DNA of 64,000 bases from Torpedo marmorata (taxonomy: Eukaryota). A model generated the notes under the pieces. That model did not search any database, had not been told where the DNA came from, and worked only from the letters and a program-made list of their open reading frames with translations. Location: contig OZ360225.1 of NCBI GenBank assembly GCA_977017645.1, positions 139,314,001 through 139,378,000 of the forward strand, in the 5' to 3' direction. Position 1 is the stretch's first letter. Each line of letters opens with the position of its first letter. Below, one piece after another: positions 39,551 to 52,643 of the stretch. Both the position numbers and the translations under genes were made by a program.

Positions 39551-39689
39551 AAATGATGAAACCCTAGTACCAGTAGCAACATTTAGGGAATATACTTCTA
39601 AAATTCTCATCAGGTTATCATCCTGTTTTTATTATTTTTGTTGTTCGTGCCTTGGGTATTTATAAATGTATCCAGAAACTTTATGCCTC

Positions 39690-40335
39690 TAAAGCACATC
39701 AGCGCCTCTACTTCCTCAGGAGTTTGCGGAGGTCTGGTCGGACATCAGAAACCCTGGCAAATTTCTAGAGGTGTGGTGGAAAGTGTGCTGACCGGCTGCA
39801 TCAGGGTCTGGTATGGGAACACCAATACCCCTGAGCATAAAGCCCTGCAAAAGGTAGTGGACACAGCCCAAGACATCACAGGCAAAACCCTCCCCACTAT
39901 TGAGTACATCTACAGGGAACGCTGCCGTCGGAGAGCAGCAGCAATTATCAAAGACCCTCACCTCCCAGCACATGCTCTATTCTCGCTGCTGCCATCAGGA
40001 AAGAGGTATAGGTGCCACAAGACTCGCACCACCAGGTTCAGGAACAGCTGCTACCCCTCCACCATTAGACTCCTCAACGACAAACTCAATCAGAGACTCA
40101 TTTAAGGACTCTTAATTGTGCACTTTATTGATTTTCTTTTGTACTCTCTGTATTGCACAGTTTGTTTACATTCGTTATCTGTTTACAGTTCTTTGTTTGT
40201 TTACATGTTTTACGCTGTGTATAGTTTATTTTTTGCACTACCAATTAGTGGTAATTCTGCTGCGCCCGCAGGAAAAAGGAATCTCAGGGTTGTATGTGAT
40301 GTCATGTGTGTACTCTGACAATAAATCTGAAAATC
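39690..40335 (+). mobile_element. Rex1/Babar-like 3' fragment (different subfamily)
   Basis: [29 protein letters not shown]; tail GACAATAAATCTGAAAATCT. Confidence 0.85.
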
Positions 40336-41083
40336 TAATAACAGTTCTTGCACGATAACTTGGCAGATGATTGCAGGCAAGCTAGTACGCATTAAATAAT
40401 GTTCCAAATCGTTATGCTGATGCTTAGTTAACATTTTTTAAATTGTTTATTAAGTGAGTGGATGTTAATACAAGTTAAATTTGCCAGCAGAGCTGAGTTG
40501 CTCTGGTACAGCAGGTGCATTGCTCTGCAGATGTTAATGATTGTCCATTCTAACACTTCTTTGGCTTCTTTTACATATTTCCTGGCGTGAATCACAAATT
40601 TGTTGATAATGTTCTGAAGGGAGTCATGAAATTTATCTCTGCTTCTTAACATTCCTGCTTTCCCCAACCTAACAGAAGTGTTGAATGAATGAAATTATCA
40701 TCCTACAACCGGTGCATGAGTGCACTCCCCCACTCTTTGTGATTTTGTTTTTTATGTAGGTTGGCCAAATCAATGCAGGCAGCAGGATGCAATTATCAGC
40801 CCTTCTTGAAAGTGCTTTAATGCACAACTGTTCTAAATTGCTAGTTTGAAATGTTCTGAAATTCTTTTTTAATGCCATTAAGAAAGAACTATTGTTTGAT
40901 TCTTCTGTCGCATTTGTTGTTGTCCTTCACTCCTCATCCTCCAAATGTGCGGATCATCCTCGATATTGTGTGAGGAATGATAGTAGCCTATGGTCCATTT
41001 TTCTTGTGGCTTTGGAGATTTTGTGTTCTCTCTGATTAACTTTAAAAGATATTCTGCTTTTACATATTCTAATACTTGAACTC

Positions 41084-41176
41084 TGAATCTATTAATACCA
41101 TAAAATATAATTACATTTTCGCACAGACAACCTGTGTGCGAAAATGTAATTATATTTTATAGTATTAATAGGTTCA
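41084..41176. repeat. Near-perfect 93-bp inverted repeat (hairpin)
   Basis: TGAATCTATTAATACCATAAAATATAATTACATTTTCGCACA - 9-nt loop - TGTGCGAAAATGTAATTATATTTTATAGTATTAATAGGTTCA; 2 mismatches in 42 bp. Confidence 0.9.
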
Positions 41177-41567
41177 CAATGCATTTCCTCTGTCCCACAC
41201 CAGATATCACACTCTATTAATATACTGCACCTGGTTTTAGCATTTGAGTAAATCATGATTCAGCAGGTTTGCAAATAAACAGTCAAAAATCAGAACTAAA
41301 TGAATTAACTACAAATTAGACATTTCATGCTCGGAGAAAGTGTCAATTTTTGAGAACAGTTCCACAAAAAAAACTCTTAAATTATCTTCCCTCAGTGTTT
41401 ATCCCTCTGCCAGAAAACCAAAGACTCTTAGTAACATAAAAATATTTTTAAACTGCATAATTCACAAAACAATTAAACTTCCCTATTTCAAAAATTGGTG
41501 TCAATGCTAACCATTAAGTTAATGTTTCACTCTGTGGTATCAGTTTCTGTCAAGAGCCCAGGGATTG

Positions 41568-44500
41568 CGTTATTCTATCTTGAACCTGTGAAGACAATAA
41601 AAATAAATCTATCCTAGAATATGAATCATGTCTAAAAGAATAATTTTTTTCTCTACGATTCAATTTTCTCCAAATATCTATTAAATTTAAATCTTTCATC
41701 AAAGTGAGAACTCTTTTAGCAATTTTAGTTTTAACAACTGATCTTGATGTTTTATCCATTATTGGATCTAAACAACAATTAAAATCCCCACCAATTAAAA
41801 TATTCTCATTAGCTTCTGACAAATGTAAAAAAGAATCTTGAATAAACTGTTCATCATCCGCATTTGGTACATACAAATTCATAAGTGTCCAAAATTCTGA
41901 ATATATCTGGCAATGTATTAAAACATATCTACCTTATTAAGACAAATCTTCCTGCAACATCTATAACCACAGATTGTATTTTAAAAGGTAACTTTTTATT
42001 AACTAATATAGCTACTCCTCTTGCTTTAGAATTAAATGAGGAAGCCACCACTTGACCAACCCATTCTCTTTTTAACTTCTGATGTTCCGAATCTGTCAAA
42101 TGTGTCTCTTGTAAAAAAGCTATATCTACATTCAATTTTTTAATATACGCTAAAGTTCTCTTTCTTTTAATCGGATTATTAAGCCCATTTATATTAATAC
42201 TTACTACATTTATTATTTTACAATCCATCATTACTAGATAGAATAATGCAAGCATCTTATAAAGCGAGAATAATTTCTGATCATTCACCTTTATTAATAT
42301 CTTGTATAATTCCCGAAAAAGAGAAAACTGTATATAGCTGGAGATTTAATTCGTCTTTATTAAAAAGAAAAGATTTTTGTGACTATATGAGAAGGGAAAT
42401 TCAGGAATTTTTACAAATAAATTCTAATTCTACTGATAATAAATTTATTATTTGGGAAGCTTTAAAGGCTTATTTAAGAGGTCAAATAATAAGTTATTCA
42501 GCTAAAATTAAGAAGGACTATCTTCGGGAGGTAGACAATTTAGAGAAGGAGATTGAATACTTGGAGAAAGATTTGCAAAAAAATAGATCAGATCAAAAAA
42601 GGAATAATCTAGTTGGAAAAAAATTACATTATAATTTATTACAAACATATAAAATGGAAAAATTAATTGAAAGAACTAAACAAAGATATTATGAATTAGG
42701 AGAAAGAGCACAAAGTTTTGGCATGGCAATTAAAAAAAGATCAAACTTCTATAACTATAAATGCTATAAAAAAAAAGAATTCTAGGGAAATAACGTATAA
42801 ACCTCGAGAAATAAATGATTCTTTTAAAGACTATTATTTGAATTTATATAAATCTCAGATTGATCAAGATGATTCTAAAATTAATAGATTCTTATCTAAA
42901 ATTACATTACCTAAATTAAATACTCAAAGTAGGGATTTTTTGGATTTGCCTTTCTCAATGAGGGAAGTTAATGAGGTTCTTACTTCTTTAACGAGTGGTA
43001 AATCTCCAGGGGAAGATGGATTTCCATCAGAATTTTATAAAGAGTTTAAAGATTTATTGATACCACCGTATATGGATGTATTGAAACAAATTACGGAAAC
43101 TCATTCGTTACCGGATACATTTTTGAACGCAATAATTACAGTTATACCTAAAAAAGACAGATGTATTGAAAACTGAATCATATAGACCTATTTCATTGTT
43201 AAATGTAGATTATAAGATAATGGCAAAAATTTTATTTACCAGATTTAATCCATGTAGACCAAGCTGGTTTTATTAAAAATAGATATTCAAAAGATAATAT
43301 AGCTAGATTAATTAGTTTAATTAATGTGCATAAAGAGAAGGAAGATTTACCATTAGTATTAACGCTAGATGCTGAAAAGGCTTTTGATAGATTAGAGTGG
43401 AATTTTTTATTTAAGGTATTGGAGAAATTTGGTTTCGGAACTACATTTATTAATTGGATTAAAACTATATATAAAGAACCATCTGCTAAAGTAATTACAA
43501 ACGGACAAATTTCTTCAAGATTTCCCCTGACTAGATCTACTAGACAAGGATGTCCTTTGTCACTAGCATTATTTACTTTAGCGATAGAACCTTTGGCAGA
43601 ATTAGTTAGAAAAGATCCTAAGAGCCAAAGGTTCTATCGCCAAAACAAATAAAGCTGGTGACAGGGGACATCCCTGTCTCGTAGACCGTGTCAAAGAAAA
43701 TTTTGGCGATATTTGTCCATTTGTAATTACTTTAGCTGATGGTTCTTTATATATAGTTTTAATCCAATTTATAAATGTGTTTCCAAAACCAAATTTTTCT
43801 AATACCTTAAATAAAAAATTCCATTCTAATCTATCAAAAGCCTTTTCAGCATCTAATGTTACAACTAATGGTAAATCTTGTTTCTTTTTATGTAAACTAA
43901 TTAAACTAATTAATTTAGCTATATTATCCTTTGAATTCTTAATAAAACCAGCTTGGTCTATATGTATCTAATCTGGCAAATATTTAGCCATTCTATTTGC
44001 TAAAATTTTTGCCATTATTTTATAATCTACATTTAATAATGAAATAAGTCTATATGATTCAGTTTTTAATACATCTCTATCCTTCTTTGGTATAACTGTA
44101 ATTATAGCATTTAAAAATGTTTTCGGTAATAAATGAGTTACTGTAATTTGATCTAATACTTCCATATATGGAGGTATCAATAAATCTTTAAATTCTTTAT
44201 AAAATTCTGACGGAAACCCATCTTCACCTGGAGATTTACCACTCTTTAATGAATATTTTTCCAAGAGTTCAGTATCTTTTTCAATCAATTCCTTTTAGAA
44301 TTCCTCAAAAAATTTTTAAAGATTTAAATTTTACTATTAGGAAATTTTTGTGGAAAGGAAAGTTAGCAAGAGTAAGTATGGAAAAGTTAACTTGGAATTA
44401 TGAGATGGGTGGATTGCAACTTCCTAATTTTCAAAATTATTATAAAGCAGCTCAATTAAAATTTGTTAATGAATTTTTTGATTCAACTAAATCTTCTGCT

Positions 44501-47088
44501 TGGATTAAAATAGAATTAAATAATATAGGAGAAAATCTTAAAGAACAAATTATTTATAAATGGGATTCTAAATTAATATCATTAAAAAAGAAAAATTCAC
44601 CGATTATTAAACATTTGTTAGAAATATGGGGTAAGACGGATAAAGAGATAGGTGGAAGAGGATTAATTTCTTCAAATATGCCATTATACCAAAATGGACT
44701 TATATCATTTACTGTTAATAATCAGTTACTTAAAATTTGGTTTCAAAAAGGTATTAAGAAGATTAATGATTGTTTTGAAGCTGGAAAATTTATTACGTTT
44801 CAAAGAATGAAAGATAAATTTAATATACCAGATAATACATTTTTGGCTTATTATCAAGTTAAAACTTTTTTGACTGAGAAATTAGGTTATGCTTTGATTT
44901 TACCGAGACAAAATGAATTAGAATTATTAGTTACTAATGGAGATATTAATAAATTTATTTCTGAAATGTATTTGTTTCAAAGGAAAATGCCTAAAATAGG
45001 ATTGCATAAATCAAGATTAAAATGGGAATTAGATTTAAATGTAAATATAGATGGAAATCATTGGAAAGATTTATGTAAATTAAGTATGACAAAGATTATC
45101 AATGTTAGATATAGATTAGTACAATATAATTTTTTTCATCAATTATATTTAACACCTAAGAAATTAAAGAAATTTAATCTGACATTATCAGGCTTATGTT
45201 TTAGATGCAATAGAGAGGAAGGTTCTTTTGTTCATTCTACATGGTTTTGTTCAAAAATTCAAGAATTTTGGTTGAAAGTTAAAACATTTTTAGATAAAGT
45301 ATTTAATACTACATTTCCAATGGATCCTATGTTATTTTTATTTGGAGATATTAAAAAATTTATTATTAAAAAGAAATTAAATATGTTTCAAGTAGAATTT
45401 TTGCGAATTGCTTTGGCTGTTTCGAAAAAATGCATTGCTATTACTTGGAAATCTGATTTAGATTTAGGACTGGAGAGATGGCATGCAGAACTTCGTTCGT
45501 GTATACCACTAGAAAAAATTACTTATAATTTACGTAACAAATATCATTTTTTCTTGAAAATTTTGGAGCCCATATATGAGAGCTGTGGGTTTAAGGATTT
45601 GAAGATCTCTAGATATCAGATCTGCTGGCATACTTGACCTCCATAATAGAATTAGTTTAGAAGGTATTCCCCTCACTCTATTCTTTTCTTTTTTTATTTT
45701 TCTTCTTTTTTCTATTTTACTTTAATTTTTTTTTTTTTTTTAGATTAGTGGGGATGGGGGGTTGGGGAGGGGAGGGAGGGTGGGGGGGGTTAAAATTTAT
45801 CACATGTAGTTTGATAAATTTATATTTTATCTTATGTATTTTGTGATTTAAAAGTTTAAATAAAATAATTAAAAAAAACAAGAAGAAAAAATTCTCCTAT
45901 TCTTAAACATTTGTTAGAAATATGGAACAAGACGGATAAGGAAATAGGAGGAAAAGGAACGATTTCTCCAAAGATGCCTTTATATCAAAATGAACATTCC
46001 ATTTACTATTAATAATCAATTATTTAAAATTTGGTTTCAAAAAGGAATTAAGAAAATAAATGACTGTTTTGAAGCTGGGAAATTTATTACTTTTCAAAGA
46101 ATGAAAGATAAATTCAATATATTGGATAATACACTTTTTGCTTATTATCAAATTAGAGCATTTTTGGTTGGGAAATTAGGTTATAGTTTGATCTTACCAA
46201 GACAGAATGAATTAGAATTATTAGTTACTAAAGGAGATGTAAATAAATTTATTTCTCAAATGTATAGATTGTTTCAGAGAAAAATTCCTAAAGTAGGAAT
46301 TCATAAATCAAGATCAAAGTGGGAATTAGATTTGAATGTAACAATAGATGAAAATCATTGGAAAGAATTATGTAAATTAAGTATGACGAAGATTATTAAT
46401 GTTAGATATAGATTAGTACAATACAATTTTTTTCATCAATTATATTTAACACCTAAAAAATTAAAGAAATTTAATCCGACATTATCAGGTTAATCCGACA
46501 TTATCAGGTTTATGTTTTAGATGTAATAAAAGTATTTAAGATTACATTCCCAATGGATCCTATGATATTTTTGGAGATATTAAAAAATTTAGTATTAAGA
46601 TGAAATTAAATGTGTATCAAATAGAATTTCTGCGAATTGCTTTAGCTGTTTCAAAGAAATGTATTGCTATTACTTGGAAATCTGATGTATATTTAGGGTT
46701 AGAAAGATGGCATGCAGAACTTCGTTCATGTATACCACTTGAAAAAATTACTTACAATTTACGTAATAAATATCATTTCTTTTTAAAAATTTGGAGCCCA
46801 TATATGAAAGTTGTCGGCTTAAGGATTTGAAGATCTCTGGACATCGGATCTACTGGCGAACCATAATAAAATTAGTTTATAGATGTTTTTTTTTAGATTG
46901 ACATTCTCCTTACTCTATCTTTTTCTTTCTTTTTCTTTTTATTTTATTAGATTTGTAGGGATGGGAGGGTTAGAGAGGGGAGGGTGGGAGGGGGGGGCGT
47001 GAAAATGTATCACAAGTATTTTGATAATTTTATATTTTACCTTATGTATTTTGTGATTTAAAATTTTAAATAAAATATTTTTAAAAAA
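41568..47088 (+). mobile_element. 5'-inverted L1 (outer) containing a second 5'-inverted L1 (~43624-45879)
   Basis: 16-bp TSD AAGAGCCCAGGGATTG at 41552-41567 and 47089-47104; segments -41568-42240, +42240-43623, -43624-44247, +44248-45879 (own poly-A), +45880-47088 (poly-A). Confidence 0.88.
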
Positions 47089-47460
47089 AAGAGCCCAGGG
47101 ATTGAAACTTGATTATTCCTGAGTTCGTCACTGAAAGAAGACTAGTAGGCTTGAGGAGAGGGGGCACGATTTTCCATCACTTCCTCTGAAGTACAGGCTG
47201 TTTCCCCATGGTTAACAGAATTAAGAATGCTTTAAATTAAATTAATATTCTAAATTAAGAATGCTTTATAAACTTTCAATGTTTGTCTTTTTCACCAGTT
47301 GATCACTATTTTTCTTTTGTATTAATAAAAACAAACACTTGGTTCCATTGTAATTACTGCTTGTGGAAACAGTTGATTGACCCTGAATAGCTTCACCATT
47401 GATAATTCGGATTAAGTGATGGAGAGTATCTTGGGTACAATTTTTAAGATTCACCTTATT

Positions 47461-48610
47461 AGAATCAGAATATATTGTCACGAAATTCATTGTTTTGCGG
47501 CAGCATTACAGTGCAAACATTCATATAAACCATCTTACAACAATAAATAAAAATAGTGCACGAAAAGTCAAAGTAAGGCAGTGTCTTTGGTTGAGGAATC
47601 TGATGACAGCAGGGAAGAAGCTGACCTTGTGCCGCTGGGTGCTCGTCTTTAGGCTCCTGTACATTTTTCCTAATGGTAGCAGAGTGAAGAGGGCATGGCC
47701 TGAGTGGTGGGAGTCCTTGAGGATAGAGGCTGCTTTCTTAAGACACCACCTCTTGTAGGGTCCTCGATGGAGTGAAGTCTGGTGCCCGTGATGTCACAGG
47801 CCGAGTTAACAACCCTCTGGAGATGTTTCTTGTCCTGAGCATTGGCACCTTCATACCAGACAGTGATGCAACCAGCCAGGAAGCTGTCCACGGTACACCT
47901 GTAGAAGTTTTCGAGAGTATTCTGTGACATACCGAAAGTCAGGGGAACACGAACCAGTCCTCATCGAGGGCTCAGTAGTGGAGAGGGTCAAGAACTTCAA
48001 ATTCCTGGGTGTCAACATCTCCGAGGATCTGTCCTGGAGCCTCCATGTTGATGCAATCACAAAGAAGGCTTGTCAGTGGCTATACTTTGTGAGGTGTCTG
48101 AGGAGATTCGGTATGTCATCGAAGACTCTCAAAAACTTTTACAGGTGTACCGTGGAGAGCATTCTGGCTGGTTGCATCACTGCCTGGTATGGAGGCGCCA
48201 ACTCTCAGGACAAGAATAAACTCCAGAGGGTTGTTAACTCGACCTGCGACATCACAGGCACCAGACTTCACTCCATCGAGGACATCGACATGAGGCGGTG
48301 TCTTAAAAAAGCAGCCTCCATCCTCAAAGACCCCCACCACCCAGGCCGTGCCCTCTTCACTCTGCTACCATCGGGAAAAAGGTACAGGAGCCAAAAGACG
48401 AGCACTCAACGGCACAAGGACAGCTTCTTCCCCGCTGCCATCAGATTCCTGAATAATCAATAAACCAAAGACACTGCCTTACTTTTTGTGCACTATTATT
48501 TTTTATATAGTAATGTTGTAAGATGGTTATAATATGAATATTTGCACTATGATGCTGCCGCAAAACACCAAATTTCATGACTTGTTCATGACAATAAATT
48601 CTGATTCTGA
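47461..48610. mobile_element. Two Rex1/Babar-like 3' fragments joined head-to-head (- 47461-47935, + 47936-48610)
   Basis: Both outer ends carry the (A)TTCTGATTCT-type tail; ORFs 47670-47930(-) and 47924-48463(+). Confidence 0.88.
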
Positions 48611-48638
48611 CGATAGGCGAATTGCAGTGGGACCAGAC

Positions 48639-49105
48639 CAGCGGTGGGCAACCTACGGCCCGCGATCCAAATTTATCTGGCCCACAACCCCAGCGCGGGC
48701 CGCCTCATGCGCGGTGTCCACTCTCCAGCGCGAGCCGCCTCACACGCGGCGTCCTCTCCCCAGCGCCAGCCGTTTATTGGATTGGGGAGTCGGTTGGCGC
48801 GAGCTCTTTAACGCGGGGTGTGGCGACGATTGCTTGACTTTAGCCGATGGCGCCCGCTCACCAACGTGTAACCCGTCGTCTCGCATCTGCTGGCTGCACG
48901 GCGACGGACGGCTGCGGCCATGGCGCATGGACAGGAGGGGGCCTTCATGCACTCTCAGGTACCCAGCTGGTTTGGCTACAGCCGTGGCCAGGGGGCAGAG
49001 GGGAGACGGTCTGGGTGATCTGCCCCAGGGAATGGGGGGCTTTGTGGCGGAGGCAGGGGAGGGGGGTAACCGCTGCACCCCGCTCCGGGTTCATTCCCAC
49101 CCCTC
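48639..49105 (+). mobile_element. hAT/Charlie-like left TIR followed by CpG-rich cargo
   Basis: CAGCGGTGGGCAACCTACGGCCCGCG...ATCTGGCCC is a typical hAT end; the right TIR and TSD are not confirmed. Confidence 0.55.
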
Positions 49106-49145
49106 ATGAACTCCAATGTTGTCTTCAAACTGCTGTTACACTGAT

Positions 49146-50310
49146 AGGACATCTGTACAAAGTGAAGGGAGGGAAGTTTAGGCGAGACATCAGGGGTGTT
49201 TTTTACGCAGAGAGTTGTGGGTGCCTGGAATGCCTTGCCAGGGGTGGTGGTGGAGGCTGGAACATTAGGGGCATTTAAGAGACTCTTCGACAGGCACATG
49301 GATGAAAGAAAAATAGAGGGTTACGAGGTAGGAAGGGTTTAGTATATTTTTTTTGGTAGTGTTATGGACCATGACTGACCATTTGGACTGCAGACGGTCA
49401 GCAGGAAGGATGAAGTCTTTTGGAGTACACACTGGGACCTGGTACTGAAAGAGTTAACTTGCCCAGGACTTGTTGTACTCACAGAGAGAGAGAGAGACAC
49501 CAGAGAGAGACAGACTGTGGAGAGATACTTTGTTGCACTTTTGCAAAAGCAGGTGTAAACCTCTGCAAAAAGCATTGAGGTTCAGTTGTGTTTTGGAGTT
49601 GCAAAGGCTGGAGAACACAGCAAAATCCAGGCTTGTGCATCCCAGGGGAAAAGGCTGGGAGAATAGCACGTGGCCTCCTGTCTCAGCAAAATCCTGAGTT
49701 AAAACAACTTTTGTGAAGAACAGGCGTGAGATCAGCGAGACCGGCTGTGAGATCCAAGTACACGCCTCAATCAGTGGTATACTGATTTGGAGTCGCAATC
49801 CTCGTGAATCTACCAAAAGGGAAAGTCATCAGAGAAGAAAAGCAGGCCAAGCATTCGTAAGCTTAAACAGTCATTGTCTCTCTCTCCAACGTTCATTAAG
49901 AAGTCCTTCTTGCCAGCACACAGAGCTGAATTTGGACGCTGAACATAGAGAGTGAATTTTTGTGGACTGTATTTTTGGGACTGACTTATTTTATTTTTAT
50001 GACTGACCTGGGGGTTTTGGGGAAGGTTTTCCATTTTTACAAGAGGGTTGGGCACAGACTGTAATGGTCTGGGCTTTATATACACACACACACACTCTTT
50101 AGATAAGAATAGTGTTTATAGACGTTTATAGTGGGGTTAATTGTGAAATTACAGTATATGTTTAATTGTCTTTAATAAATATAAATTTCAATTTTACCCC
50201 TTTTGCTTTGCGTCTTCTGTCGTTGCTGGTTTGAATTTGTAACAGTAGGAATATATAGGTCGGCACAACATCGAGGACCTGTGCTGGCCTGTACTGTGCT
50301 GTAATGTTCC
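49146..50310 (+). mobile_element. CR1 3' tail split by a solo LTR
   Basis: Matches the reverse complement of 12190-12440 on both sides of the LTR. Confidence 0.8.
49360..50244 (+). mobile_element. Solo LTR (885 bp)
   Basis: TGTTA...TAACA termini, 4-bp TSD GTAG (49356-49359 and 50245-50248), AATAAA ~70 bp from the 3' end. Confidence 0.85.
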
Positions 50311-51450
50311 ATCTATCTATTTCTGATTTATCCCTGACCTGAAATGCATTATCGTAGTTTTTGGAAGGAAAACGGTTGATCTCGTTGCTTGAACATTTTC
50401 TGTGGATTGTTTTGTGGCTCTAAATACATTTTGAAAATGTCAACAACAAGCTCTATTAAATAGAAGTTGGGTTCATCCTAAATCCCAGTCACCCATTACA
50501 TTTGTTGACTTAAATTGGTTTCCAGCCATCAGCACCTCAAATTTAATAAAACAAACTGCTGGAAGAGCTCAGCAGGTCAAGCAGCATATGTACGGGCAAG
50601 GGGGTGGTTGATATTTTGTGTCAGGAACCTGCATCAGAACTGGGGGTGCAGAGGGAATATAGCAGGTATATAGAAGTGAGAGGGAGAGTTGAAATGAAAG
50701 CTTGGAGGGGGAGCACATTTACTGAGCAAGGACATGCGGCTGTGATACTGAGTCTTGGTGAGCAGTTGAGGCGATGGAGGGAGAACTGTGAGAGAGGAAC
50801 TCGTAGAACTCCCATTGAAGAGAGGAGGAGAACTTCAAAGTGGATATGCCTTGAAGAGAATTTGCAGTGGAGAATAGACAAGAGACTGCAGATGCTGGAA
50901 TCAAATAAAAAAATCTGGCCAAGCAGCATCTGTGAAGGCAGGGTTGATGTTTCAGGTCAAAACCCTGGATTTGCAAAACTCATGTTAAAGGGAGGAGGAA
51001 AGCTTCATGGATCTCTCTTTTTGTTTCAACTGCTCACCTGCTCTTCGACAATGTTCTCACTAAGACTTTGTACCATAACTGCATGTTCTTTCTCTCAATG
51101 TGCCAGCTTCTTAACTTCAAGGCCTCGACCATCCCCTGCCTCCACAGGTGCTGCTCAACCTGCTGAGGTTATCCAGCAGCTGTTTTCTGGTCCAGATTTC
51201 AGCACCTACAGTCTCTTGTGCTTTGGTTTTAACATTTTTATGCTTGTGCAGATTTTTCCAGGCCCTTAATCCTCACTGCCTCTAGAACCTCTTCCTCAAC
51301 TGTGCAACGCTCCAAGCTCTGGATGGAATGGATGCGTTGGGCATAAGGGCCTGTTCCCGTGCTGTATAGCTCCATGTCTCTGAGACCATGGTGTTACTCT
51401 AATTTTGAACTCTAGTATTTTTCATCCCCTTGCCACTAACAGTCATTTTT

Positions 51451-51495
51451 CTTATACCTGAAGAAGAGCTCAGGCCTGAAACATTTGTTACCCTT
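51451..51495 (+). ncRNA. Minimal hammerhead-ribozyme-like motif in a Penelope-type tail (probably degenerate)
   Basis: CTGAAGA (51458-64), stem II AGAGC-TCAG-GCCT, GAAA (51478-81), C ATTT G TT; stem I is weak. Confidence 0.5.
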
Positions 51496-51589
51496 TACTT
51501 CCTCTGGCTGCTGAGTGACCTGCTGAGTTTACCAATGTGTATTGCATTTCATTCATCATCTGTCTCTGTTGCTCCTTTAAGTGTTCCTA

Positions 51590-52643
51590 AAACCAGTATC
51601 TCTTCATCGACTACAGCTCAGCCTTCAACACCATCATTCCCTCAGTGCTGGTCAAAAAGCACCAAAACTTGGGCCTCAGCACCTCTCACCCCCTGCAACT
51701 GGATCCTTGACTTCCTCATCGGAAGACTACAGTCAGTACGGATTGGAAACAGCGTCTCCTCCTCACTGAAGATCAACACAGGCACACCTCAAGGATGCGT
51801 GCTTAGCCCACTGCTGTATTCACTCTACACCCATGACTGTATGGCTAGGCACAATTCAAATGCTGTCTACAAATTTGCTGAATCATTGGCAGAATCACAA
51901 ATGACAATGAGGAAGCATACAGGAGGGAGATAGATCAGCTAGTTGAGTGGTGTCACAACAACAATCTTACACTCATCGTTAGTAAAACCAAGGAGCTGAT
52001 TGTGGACTTCAGAAGGAAATCAGGAGAACACGAATCAGTCCTCATCGAGGGGTCAGCAGTGGTGAGGGTCAAGACCTTCAAATTATTGGGTGTCAACATC
52101 TCTGAGGATCTGACCTGAGGCTTGCATTTCGATGCAATCACGAAGAAGGCTCACCGGCGGCTCTACTTTGTGAGGAGTTTGAGGAGATTTGGTATGTCAC
52201 CAAAGACTCGAAAATTTCTACAGCATTCTGACTGATTAGCATCTCCATACCAGACAGTGATGCAATGCACAGGACAGGAAAAAACTCCAGAGTTGTTAAC
52301 ACTCTTCACTCCATTGAGGACAAAAACAAGAGGTGGTGTCTTAAGAAAGCAGCCTCTATCCTCAAGGGCCCTCACCATCCGGGCCATGCCCTCTTCACAC
52401 TGCTACCATCAGGAATGAGGTACAGGAGCCTGAAGACGAGCACCCAACAGCACAAGGACAATTTCTTCCCCTCTGCCATCAGATTTCTGAATGGACAATA
52501 AACCACAGTCACGACCCCACTTTCTCCTTTTATTTTGCATTATTTATTTATTTTGAAATGTAATTTATAGCAATATTTGCACTGTTATGCTGCCTCAAAA
52601 CAACGAATTTCGTAACATGTTCATGACAATAAATTCTGATTCT
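51590..52643 (+). mobile_element. Decayed Rex1/Babar-like RT and 3' end
   Basis: [24 protein letters not shown], tail CATGACAATAAATTCTGATTCT. Confidence 0.88.

Noticed and set aside
40870-41090. ~70-codon stop-free frame on the minus strand next to the hairpin
   Set aside because: No recognisable homology or convincing splice sites.
50604-51269. 221-aa ORF
   Set aside because: Runs across degenerate Penelope-type tails; no protein motif.
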